Assembly (NCBI GenBank): GCA_963666215.2
Contig: CAXWPL010000001.1
Span: 224,001 to 288,000, forward strand
Direction of reading: 5' to 3'
Origin: Acidobacteriota bacterium
GTDB taxonomy: Bacteria; Acidobacteriota; UBA890; WLXD01
DNA: 64,000 nt
Part shown: positions 55,001 through 63,286 of the stretch, piece after piece
How positions within the stretch are numbered: position 1 is the first letter of the stretch
Layout of the letters: every line of letters starts with the position of its first letter
The notes under the pieces: model-generated
Told to the model about the DNA's origin: nothing
The model's database searches: none
What the model saw: only the letters and a program-made list of their open reading frames with translations
Position numbers and translations under genes: made by a program

Positions 55001-56207
55001 TCACGCGATGCCGACGACCCACATCGGCGAAGACCGCGAGACCCTCGTCGATTTCCTCGCGGCTGTGGCTGGCGTTGACCGCCGTGCGGATCAGGCACTG
55101 TCCGTCGGGGACGCTTGGCGGCAACGCCGGCAGCGCGAAGATCCCGGCGTCCCAGACGCCTTTCCAGAGCTGCAGCGTGCGTGCCTCGTCGCCAATCGAC
55201 ACCGGGATAATCGGCCCTTCAGAGGTCAGAACGTCGAAGCCGAGACCACGGAGACCGTCTCGGAACTGCCCGATCCGATTCCACAGCGTCTCGCGATGCC
55301 AGGGCTCACTAGCGACAATCTTCACGGCGCGACTGGTGATCGCCACCTGCGCAGGCGGCAGCGCCGCGGTAAAGATAAAGGGTCGAGCAACGCACTTCAC
55401 GAAGTCCACCACTCGAGCGTCGCCTGCCACGAAGCCGCCCACCGAGGCGAATGCCTTGGAGAACGTGCCGATAATGAGGTCAACCTCTTCTTCGAGGCCG
55501 AAGCGCTCGGAAGTACCACGGCCGTTGGCGCCCAGCACTCCGGAGGCATGGGCATCGTCGACAACGATCCGCGCTCCGTAACGCTTGGCCACGTCGACGA
55601 TGGCCGGCAGGTTCGCGACCGAGCCACTCATCGAGAAAACGCCGTCGGTAACAACCAAGCGACCACCGCGTTTCCCTTCGTCGCTCCGCAGTAGCCTTTC
55701 GAGATCCGCGATGTCGTTGTGCCGGTACTTGCGTAGCTTGCCGAACGAGAGGCGCGCCCCGTCGAAAAGGCTGGCGTGATTCTCGCGGTCGAAATAGAGA
55801 ATGTCGTGACGATCGGCAAGTGCCGTGATCACGCTCAGCGAGCCCAGGAAGCCGGTGCTGAACGTCAGCGCAGCTTCCTGGTTGAGGTAGGCCGCGAGCT
55901 CGGCTTCGAGAGATTCGTGCAGCGCCAAGGTGCCGTTGAGGAAGCGCGAGCCGGTGCAGCTGGTGCCGAACTCGTCGAGTGCGGCGGTGCCGGCGCGGCG
56001 CACTCGTTCGTCCTGCGACAAACCCAGGTAGTCGTTGGAGCCCATCATTAACATGCTCCGTCCCTCGACCGTCACGCGGTTGCCGTCCTGGCCTTCGAGC
56101 GGCTTGAAGTACGGAAACAGCCCTACGTCGCGCAGGTCGTTGGCGCGCGAGAAGCTGCGCGCCTTCTCGAAGATATCGACGGTTCGAGTTGCCGTGTCGG
56201 TCGTCAT
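54993..56207 (-). CDS. spt: Alpha-oxoamine synthase, probable serine palmitoyltransferase
   Basis: PYFKP, GSNDYLGL, SCTGSRFLNGT, NHAS, DGVFSMSG, DDAH, GTFSK; operon context. Confidence 0.8.
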   Translation of the reverse strand: MTTDTATRTVDIFEKARSFSRANDLRDVGLFPYFKPLEGQDGNRVTVEGRSMLMMGSNDYLGLSQDERVRRAGTAALDEFGTSCTGSRFLNGTLALHESLEAELAAYLNQEAALTFSTGFLGSLSVITALADRHDILYFDRENHASLFDGARLSFGKLRKYRHNDIADLERLLRSDEGKRGGRLVVTDGVFSMSGSVANLPAIVDVAKRYGARIVVDDAHASGVLGANGRGTSERFGLEEEVDLIIGTFSKAFASVGGFVAGDARVVDFVKCVARPFIFTAALPPAQVAITSRAVKIVASEPWHRETLWNRIGQFRDGLRGLGFDVLTSEGPIIPVSIGDEARTLQLWKGVWDAGIFALPALPPSVPDGQCLIRTAVNASHSREEIDEGLAVFADVGRRHRVID

Positions 56208-56398
56208 GAACATGTGCTTCCGCGCGGTCGCGGTAGCCCAACCTGGAGCGCGCGAGTTGCGCACCCGATCCAAGTCGATAACCGCTACGCAGCAGCCGAT
56301 AGAGGGATCGCGTCTCGTATGAACCGTAAGACGATGCCGCTAGTGGAGTGAAACAGCAACTCCCAGGCGCCCACTAGGGTACGCCCAATGCCAAGTGG

Positions 56399-57094
56399 CT
56401 AGTGCGCCGAGTCTGCGGGTTCGGCCCGGAGTTCGGCGATGCGGGCTTGTAATCGCCCAATAACCTCCTCGACGCTTTCCTCCTGGAGCAAGCGCCGGAA
56501 CCGAGTACGCCACCCCCGAACCGTATTCGAGCCATCGAAAACGTAGTTGACGATCATCCAGCCGCTGTCCGATCGGCGCAACTCGTAGTCGAGAGTGAAC
56601 TCCTCGTCGTCATAGTACGCCAGCGTGTTGACAGTGGCAGTGTCGATTTCGACCTCTTCGCCGATGTACTCGAAACGCTCGGCGCGATAGCGACCGAGGC
56701 TCTTGACCGAGCGCACCCGCAGCAGCTCGGCGAACGTGCTGCCGAACTCCGCGCACACTGTCGGGTCGGCGGTACAGAGCTCGCCAACCGCCGCTTCCGA
56801 CATGGCGGCGAAATCGGTGACCCCGTCCATGATTTGGTAAACCTCCGCTTCGGCTTCGGGGGCCAGCGCGTCGGAGTCACCGAACTTGGCGAGGATCGCA
56901 GCGTTCGAGCCGCGCACCGCGTCGAGCGGCGTGGTCGCCTCAACGGCTGCCTGTGCCACCTGGGCCCCCAGGGCTACGTGCCCGCGCCCGCGCGTCGTGA
57001 CCGGACTCGCCAATACGAGCGCGCAGGTCAGTAGGGCGAGAGCGGGGGTGGTTCGACTTGGAAGCCTTCGGTTACGAGCTTGTCGCGTTGCCAT
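56399..57094 (-). CDS. MlaC/Ttg2D/HpnM-like periplasmic lipid shuttle
   Basis: Signal peptide, DFAAMS, EF..F.ELL, LDYEL..GWMIVNY..DG..RTRF..LL pattern of the MlaC family. Confidence 0.75.
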   Translation of the reverse strand: MATRQARNRRLPSRTTPALALLTCALVLASPVTTRGRGHVALGAQVAQAAVEATTPLDAVRGSNAAILAKFGDSDALAPEAEAEVYQIMDGVTDFAAMSEAAVGELCTADPTVCAEFGSTFAELLRVRSVKSLGRYRAERFEYIGEEVEIDTATVNTLAYYDDEEFTLDYELRRSDSGWMIVNYVFDGSNTVRGWRTRFRRLLQEESVEEVIGRLQARIAELRAEPADSAH

Positions 57095-58508
57095 TCTCAA
57101 CCCATGTCAAATAGAGATCGAAGTCGCCCAGAACAAACGCCAGCTCGACCAGAGCGATCCTGAACTCATACTCCTGCGCAACCACCTGGGCCCGCAAGCG
57201 ATAATCCTGCCTGTAGGCCTTGACGAGCGGCTCTGCCTCGCCGATGCCCAGGTCGAACTCGTCGGCGGCCGCGCGTAACCAGCGCCGGGATACCAGGCGC
57301 GTTTCGATCACCGTGTCGAGCAACATGCGACTGCGGGCAAGCTTCGCGTATGCGGCTCGGACGTCGAGCTCGACCTTCATCTGCAGCGCTTGCGCCCGCG
57401 CCTCGGTGGCGTCGCGTTGGATCTTTCTGCGCGTGTACTCGATGTCGTGCTTGGCGAAGTTGAGATCCCAACGGGCCCCGAGCGCAGCCCCGCCCTGGCG
57501 GTAGTTGAACGAGTCGAAGGCGAACGGGTTCGTCTGGTCGTCGCGGTTCGGCGCGTACGCCAGCCGGAAGCCACCGCCCACAACGATCAGCGGCCAGCGC
57601 TCGCTGCGCGCCTGATCCATCGCCGACCCGAGGGCGTCCACGGCGGCATGTAATGCTCTCAGCTGGGGGCTAACACGGGCAGCCCGCGCCACGAGGCCCG
57701 CCACGTCGTCGGCCGACAGCGCTGACTCGGGCGCCTCGTCGACGACTGTGAACAACGCGTTATCGGCAAGCCCCAGGAAGGTCGCTAGCGTCCGACGCAC
57801 GAGACGACCCCCGTCGAACGCCTCCTGGTACACCTTCTCGATCTCGTAGCGGCTGCTCTGGACTTCGTACGCGTCGTTCGGATCGATCGCGTCGTCAGCA
57901 AGCTTTTCCTCGATCTGCTCGAGAATCTCCTCGTAGGATTGTCGCAGGTCCTCAGCGACCTCGAGCGCCGCTTCGGCCGCCGCGAGGCCCCAGTAACCCT
58001 TGATAACCTCGAGGCGAATCTCGTTGCGGGCCTGGTCAAGCCTCGCTTCCTCGGCACTGAGGGCGCCGCGCGCCGCTGCGGCGGCGTTCGAGATACGCCC
58101 AAATCCGTACAGCGGAATCTTGAAGCCGATGTCGAGCTTGACGAACGGGCCGAAACTGCTGAAGGCGTTGGCGGAGTCGGGCGAAAACACGGGGTTGCCG
58201 CGAGCCTCGGGCACCGCGCCGCCCTGTGCGTTGAGAGTGAACTGCGGCAGGCTCCAAAAGCCGTCGAACCGCTGTACATCGAGGCGCGTCCTCTCCACGT
58301 CGAGCTCGTGGGCGCGAGCCAGCGGACTGTTCGCCATCGCCAGTGCGAGAGCACGCCGCACGGTGAGCTCGGTGCCTGGGCGATCCGCGGAGCGAGCGCC
58401 ATGATCCGGAGCTTGTGCAGACGCCGAACCGCCCCAGCCCAGGCAAACTGCCGCGGCGCTTGCAACAAGCAGACTGGGCGCGAGCATGATGGATCTTGGG
58501 AGTCGCAT
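57072..58508 (-). CDS. TolC-family outer-membrane protein
   Basis: Signal peptide, LTVRRALALAMANSP, two outer-membrane-efflux-like repeats (LPQF..IPLY.FGR..V.KGYW and SP.L..WP..ARW.L..V..AY). Confidence 0.85.
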   Translation of the reverse strand: MRLPRSIMLAPSLLVASAAAVCLGWGGSASAQAPDHGARSADRPGTELTVRRALALAMANSPLARAHELDVERTRLDVQRFDGFWSLPQFTLNAQGGAVPEARGNPVFSPDSANAFSSFGPFVKLDIGFKIPLYGFGRISNAAAAARGALSAEEARLDQARNEIRLEVIKGYWGLAAAEAALEVAEDLRQSYEEILEQIEEKLADDAIDPNDAYEVQSSRYEIEKVYQEAFDGGRLVRRTLATFLGLADNALFTVVDEAPESALSADDVAGLVARAARVSPQLRALHAAVDALGSAMDQARSERWPLIVVGGGFRLAYAPNRDDQTNPFAFDSFNYRQGGAALGARWDLNFAKHDIEYTRRKIQRDATEARAQALQMKVELDVRAAYAKLARSRMLLDTVIETRLVSRRWLRAAADEFDLGIGEAEPLVKAYRQDYRLRAQVVAQEYEFRIALVELAFVLGDFDLYLTWVENGNATSS

Positions 58509-58865
58509 GTGCACAGCCGGCGGAAGGCCTGAGGGCGGCGGGCCAGAGAAACTCACCCTACCATTCGGCGCTGGCAGTGGACCGCCCGCTCACGCCGGCC
58601 GTATTCTGGCAACCAAGCCCCCGCGAGCAAACCGGGCCGCGACTTGACGGCCCCCTGCCCGTCTAAGAGGCTTTGCCGCAAGAAGCGTGCAACTCAAACC
58701 AGCCCCGGTACCGATGCGCGCTCGAACTCGCGAGTCTCGGGCTCGCACCCGCCGGCATCTCTAAAGAGGCCGACGCCGGATCCGAACATCCGGCCGCCGC
58801 AACTCGCGCCTCAACCGGCAGCCCTTTGGAGCACTCGTGGCCCTCGCGTCCCCGGTTTTGTCGTG

Positions 58866-61286
58866 ATGCAAGTCCCTCAGCGCCGCAGACGCCACAGGAC
58901 CCTCTTCTACAAGGAGATCCGCGCCATCTGCCGATTCTCGTATCGGCACGCGTACCTCGTGTTCGCCGCATCTCTGGTGCTCTGCGTACCGGCTTTCTTC
59001 GAGGCGCGGAAGATCGGACTCGACACCGACCTCACGCGCTTGCTTCCGTCGAGCAGTGACGCGGTCCGCTGGACCGAGGAGCTCAAGCCGGTTGTGGGCG
59101 ACGGGGGCTACTTCAGCTTTATCTTCGAGGGAAGCGACCACGACGCGCTCGTGCGCACCGTCGAGGAGACCGCGCGGCGCGTTCGGCAGCTCGACGGCAT
59201 CGACGCGATCGACTACCGCTTCCCCGTCGACTTCCTCAACAAGCACCGCTACCTGCTGATTCCCACCGCCCAGCTGCGCGACCTCGTCGATACCGTCGCC
59301 GAGTGGGAAGAACAGGCGAACCCGTTTCTTGACGATCTCGGCCTGGGCGACGAAGAGAGCGAGCCGACGAAGGACGACGACCTCGAGCGACTCATCTCTC
59401 GCTACGGCAACTTTCCCGACTACAACGAGCATCCCGACGGCGGGATGCTGGGCATGCTCGTACATCCGCGCGACGGCATCAGCAACATGGGGGCGGTGCG
59501 CGACATGTATCGCGAGATGGACGCGATCTGTGCCGAGATCGCCGCCGCAAACGGCGTTGCGTACGGCATCGGCGGTTCGCTGCGCAACCGAGTCGACGAG
59601 TTCGACGTTCTCATCGAGGACCTGGGCCGCTCGGGCACGATTGCCGTCCTCGCGATCTTGTTGACGTTGATGATCAGTTTCCGCTCGATACGTGTGCTTC
59701 CGGTACTTCTGTACCCACTGGCGGCCGGGCTGCTGTGGGCGTTCGCCTTTGTCCCCTACTTGGTGGGTGACCTCAACACGATCACGTCATTCCTGTTGAT
59801 GGTGCTGTTCGGGATGGGGGTCGACTACTCGATCCATCTGGTCAAGCGTTTTCGCCTCGAGATCGCGCACCGGGATGAGCTCGACGCGCTGATCGAGACC
59901 TTCACGTCGACGGGCCGTTCGGTGGCGACCTCCGGGGTAACGACCGCGCTGGGCCTGTCGATTCTGGCGATCTCCGATTTCCGCGGATTCTCCGACTTCG
60001 GCAGAATCGGCGGCAGCTCGATGATAATCGTGACGTTGGCGATGCTCTTCCTGATGCCGGCCATCTTGATTGTCGGCAAGCGCTGGGGTCTGGTCACGGC
60101 GCGTGTCCCCAACCTGCCCAGCAAACACCTGGCGCTGCCGCCTCGCTGGGCCGCGGCTACGGTGACGGCGCTCGTCCTCATGTCGGCCGGTGCGGGAATG
60201 ACCTGGATGAGCTTCGACTACGACTTCACCAAGGTCAGCACCTCGCTACCGGAGACCGAGGTCATTCAACAGAAGGAGCGCGACATCTATCCCTTCTTTT
60301 TCGGCCCCGCCGCGGTGTGGGTCGCCCCTGACCTCGAGACCTTGGACAGCGCGCTCGACCTCCTGTACACGGCGCGAGGCGAAGAGAACACGCCTATTGG
60401 CGCGATCTCCAGCATGCGTGACTTTGTTCCGTCAGAGAGCGAACGTCGAGAGCGGCTTCAGCTGTTGTCGGAGATCAAGGAGATCCTCGGCGGACGCTGG
60501 GTGCGCAGGGTCGAGGATCCGGATCGACTGCGGGCGATTGAGGATCTGCAGGCCTGGGTCGCTCCAGACGAGCCCATCACGGTGGAGGATCTACCTGCTT
60601 CGATTCGGCGCGGGCTCGAAGCACGCGACGGCTCCGGCGAGCTGATGCTCGCCGCCAACGTCAACGGCCCGGTTCGCGACGGCCAGCTCAGCATGCGGTT
60701 CACCGAACGTATCTACGATCTCGACATGCCCGCCGCGCTGCGTGGCCCCACGGGCGAGAAGCCGGTGCTCGCCGAGATCCTCTGGCTGGTCACGAGACAG
60801 GCGCCCCTCATTGTCGGACTCACGCTCATCGGCGTCTTTCTGCTGGTCGCGCTGGATCGCCGCTCGCTGCTGCAAACGGTGTGGGTACTGCTGCCGCTGG
60901 TCTCTGGGCTGATCCTCACGTTCGGCGTCTGCGTGGTCTTTGGCTGGAAGCTCAACTTCCTCAACATGGTCACTCTGCCAGCACTGCTGGGGATCGCGGT
61001 CGACCATGGGATCCACTACTACCGCCGTTGGCGCGAGCTCGAGCGCGACACCGCCACAACCCAGCGCGAGCTCTTCGAACCCATCACCGTGAGCACTCTG
61101 ACGACGATCATGGGTTACGCCGGCATGGCCTTCGCTCGCCACCCCGGGCTGCGCTCGATCGGTCACCTCGCGATCGTCGGCCTCGTCTGCACATGGCTGA
61201 CCGCGCTGATCCTTTTGCCCGGCCTGCTCGGCTGGCGCGCGCGCCAGAGGACGGGAGCTCCGTCGAAGACTGCTACCGTCGGCTAG
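58866..61286 (+). CDS. MMPL/RND-family transporter (HpnN/MmpL-like lipid exporter)
   Basis: Two TM bundles separated by periplasmic domains; GMGVDYSIHL and GIAVDHGIHY motifs; LDTDLTRLLP. Confidence 0.88.
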   Translation: MQVPQRRRRHRTLFYKEIRAICRFSYRHAYLVFAASLVLCVPAFFEARKIGLDTDLTRLLPSSSDAVRWTEELKPVVGDGGYFSFIFEGSDHDALVRTVEETARRVRQLDGIDAIDYRFPVDFLNKHRYLLIPTAQLRDLVDTVAEWEEQANPFLDDLGLGDEESEPTKDDDLERLISRYGNFPDYNEHPDGGMLGMLVHPRDGISNMGAVRDMYREMDAICAEIAAANGVAYGIGGSLRNRVDEFDVLIEDLGRSGTIAVLAILLTLMISFRSIRVLPVLLYPLAAGLLWAFAFVPYLVGDLNTITSFLLMVLFGMGVDYSIHLVKRFRLEIAHRDELDALIETFTSTGRSVATSGVTTALGLSILAISDFRGFSDFGRIGGSSMIIVTLAMLFLMPAILIVGKRWGLVTARVPNLPSKHLALPPRWAAATVTALVLMSAGAGMTWMSFDYDFTKVSTSLPETEVIQQKERDIYPFFFGPAAVWVAPDLETLDSALDLLYTARGEENTPIGAISSMRDFVPSESERRERLQLLSEIKEILGGRWVRRVEDPDRLRAIEDLQAWVAPDEPITVEDLPASIRRGLEARDGSGELMLAANVNGPVRDGQLSMRFTERIYDLDMPAALRGPTGEKPVLAEILWLVTRQAPLIVGLTLIGVFLLVALDRRSLLQTVWVLLPLVSGLILTFGVCVVFGWKLNFLNMVTLPALLGIAVDHGIHYYRRWRELERDTATTQRELFEPITVSTLTTIMGYAGMAFARHPGLRSIGHLAIVGLVCTWLTALILLPGLLGWRARQRTGAPSKTATVG

Positions 61287-61433
61287 TCGATCCTGCGCTC
61301 CTGGGTCCGATTGCGTTGGCCAGGCGCTCGAGCTCGCAGGTAGCTCTCTCAGGCAACCCACGGCCTCCCTGCACTCCGCACGCATTGAACGATTGCGCGC
61401 CCACAGGACCCTCACTAGACTGTCCGGCTTGGT

Positions 61434-61508
61434 TGGGACGTCGTCCAATTGGCAGGACATACGGTTCTGGTCCGTAGTATCGGGGTTCGAGTCCCTGCGT
61501 CCCAGCCA
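61434..61508 (+). tRNA. tRNA-Gln(CTG); CCA encoded
   Basis: TGGGACG/CGTCCCA acceptor stem, TACGG-TTCTGGT-CCGTA anticodon arm, GGTTCGAGTCC, GCCA end. Confidence 0.94.
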
Positions 61509-61556
61509 ATCATCTTCACGCGAGTCGGGCCACGCAGCGCCGAATCTGTTGCGCTT

Positions 61557-61836
61557 CAGCCCGTGGTGGAAGTGTGGCGGGCCTGGTTACGGCGAGTTGG
61601 GGGCGGATGCAAGGCGGCCTGACGCAGGCGATGGTTGCCCCATCGTCGAGGAAGGCCAACACCGCAGACGCCCCCAAATCGCCGTAACCCCCCGATGCAA
61701 AGATCCGGCAGGGGCCCGCGGTCGTATGCTTCGTCGTTCGTCGTCAACGATGCCTTGAGCATCGCTTCCTCCTCTCTCCTCGCCTCCGCCTCGCAAGACC
61801 CTGTCGCCAGGCCCACCACACTTCCACCACGGGCTG
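61557..61836. repeat. 280-bp element with 30-bp terminal inverted repeats and a nested long hairpin (MITE-like element or structured RNA)
   Basis: 61557-61586 pairs with 61807-61836 (29/30); 61585-61605 pairs with 61669-61689 (20/21); CTAG abuts the right end. Confidence 0.8.
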
Positions 61837-62020
61837 CTAGGGCGCGTTTCGCCGCGCCGCAGTAAGGGTCGCAGTCACCCCGCGCAGCTCAACTCCGGCG
61901 ATTGCTTCGCCTATGCTCTACCCAGGACAAGCGGTGAGCCACTGCTGTTCGCGGGAGGGAACTGCTCACCTACCGACACCCGGCCAGCGAAAACCTGAGC
62001 GCCACCACACGAGAGCGACC

Positions 62021-62287
62021 ATGAACGAGCATCACGTCGTCATCTACACATCGTCCGGGTGAGCCCCCTGTAAACAGGCGAAGGAGTTTCTTTCGCAAAG
62101 GGGGGTCGAGTTCGAAGAGATCGACATCAGTGCGTTGGACAACCCGATGGAGACGCTGCGGCGCATCACTGGGGGCATGGTGGCAACACCGACCGTCGTG
62201 ATCGGCGGCGAGGCGAAGGTCGGGTTCGATCCCGAGTGGATGGAGAGCCGACTGCAGGCGGCTGCTGAAGCGAGCGAAACCGAATAG
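62021..62287 (+). CDS. Glutaredoxin/NrdH-like selenoprotein (UxxC), 88 aa
   Basis: MNEHHVVIYTSSG-U(TGA 62060-62062)-APCKQAKEFLSQRGVEFEEIDI..ATPTVVIGG..VGFDP; Grx-fold homology continues across the TGA. Confidence 0.88.
62063..62106 (+). promoter_or_regulatory. Putative bacterial SECIS hairpin
   Basis: Directly after the UGA: lower stem CCCCCU/AGGGGG and upper stem GCGAAGG-AGUUU-CUUUCGC with a G-containing loop. Confidence 0.7.
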
Positions 62288-62341
62288 CGGCGAGCGGCCA
62301 ACTGAGCTCGACACGACCGTTCCAGCCAGAGGCGACGTCGA

Positions 62342-63235
62342 ATGCCCATACCTGCCCCGCCCTACCTGACCAGGCCTCTCTGCGTCGGTATCACGCTGGC
62401 GGCCGCCTTGGCGTCAACGCCGGCGCCACCAGCCTCCGCGACGCTCGGCAACCCCGCGCTCCGTGAGGCGGCGATGTCGACGGCCACTGCTCCGCCGCCC
62501 GAGTCTTTCTACGAACCCTGGAAGCGAGTGCTCGCCGCCTACGTCGACGATGAAGGCCTGGTCGACTACGCCGGGCTCGCCGCAGGCGGCTGGGCGGAGC
62601 TCGAGAAGTTCATGAAAGTGCTCGCCGACGCCAACCCCGACGCCTTTGCGAACGACGACGAGCGCATCGCGTTCTGGATCAACGCCTACAACGCGGTGGT
62701 GATTTGGCAAGCTGTCGAGCGCTACCCCATTGACTCGGTGCGGGATGTTGGTGCTCTGTGGGGCCTCGTCGGCGGCTTCTTCAAGAACGAGTACCGCGTC
62801 GCCGGTCGCGATATGAGCGCCGACGACATCGAGGACGGCACCCTGCGAGCCAACTGGTCTGACACGCGTATCCACTGGGCGCTCGTCTGCGCCGCTTTCG
62901 GCTGCCCCCGCCTGCTAAATCGGCCGTACCTCGCCAGCGATCTCGACGATGTGCTCACCGAGCGCGCACGCGAGTTTCTCGGGCAGCCCCGCGGCCTGCA
63001 GCTGGACCGCGCTGCCAACACGGTCTACCTGTCGAGTTATTTCGACTGGTACGCCGGCGACTTCGAGGCGGAATCAGGCGATATCGTCAGTTACGTGCTG
63101 CGCTATGCGCCAGAGAGCGACGCCGACTTCATCCGGACTCATCGTGAGCAGCTCCGCGTGCGGATCATGGACTACGACTGGGCGCTCAACGACCAGCCGA
63201 GCGGCCCACGTAGTCGACGCCCGGTGCCGCGCTAA
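62342..63235 (+). CDS. DUF547-domain protein, probably exported
   Basis: GLVDY.GL, AFWINAYNA, DDIE.G.LR, RIHWALVCAAFGCPRL, LS.YFDWY..DF, YDWALND; signal-peptide-like N-terminus. Confidence 0.88.
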   Translation: MPIPAPPYLTRPLCVGITLAAALASTPAPPASATLGNPALREAAMSTATAPPPESFYEPWKRVLAAYVDDEGLVDYAGLAAGGWAELEKFMKVLADANPDAFANDDERIAFWINAYNAVVIWQAVERYPIDSVRDVGALWGLVGGFFKNEYRVAGRDMSADDIEDGTLRANWSDTRIHWALVCAAFGCPRLLNRPYLASDLDDVLTERAREFLGQPRGLQLDRAANTVYLSSYFDWYAGDFEAESGDIVSYVLRYAPESDADFIRTHREQLRVRIMDYDWALNDQPSGPRSRRPVPR

Positions 63236-63286
63236 GCCGCTTGATTGGCGATCCCCCAGCTCTCGGGGATCCGGCTCGATACCGTC

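Noticed and set aside
56340-56398. Weak hairpin and TTGGCA upstream of spt as a possible sigma54 promoter or riboswitch
   Set aside because: The -12 GC is missing (AC instead), and the stem is short and interrupted.
61556-61762. Minus-strand ORF (MLKASLTT...) with a strong GAGGAGG upstream
   Set aside because: It lies within the inverted-repeat element, has no recognisable protein motif, and the purine run is part of the element's skewed segment.
61557-61836. Retron msr-msd interpretation
   Set aside because: No reverse transcriptase gene lies nearby or anywhere in the window, so it is kept only as an unexplained structured element.
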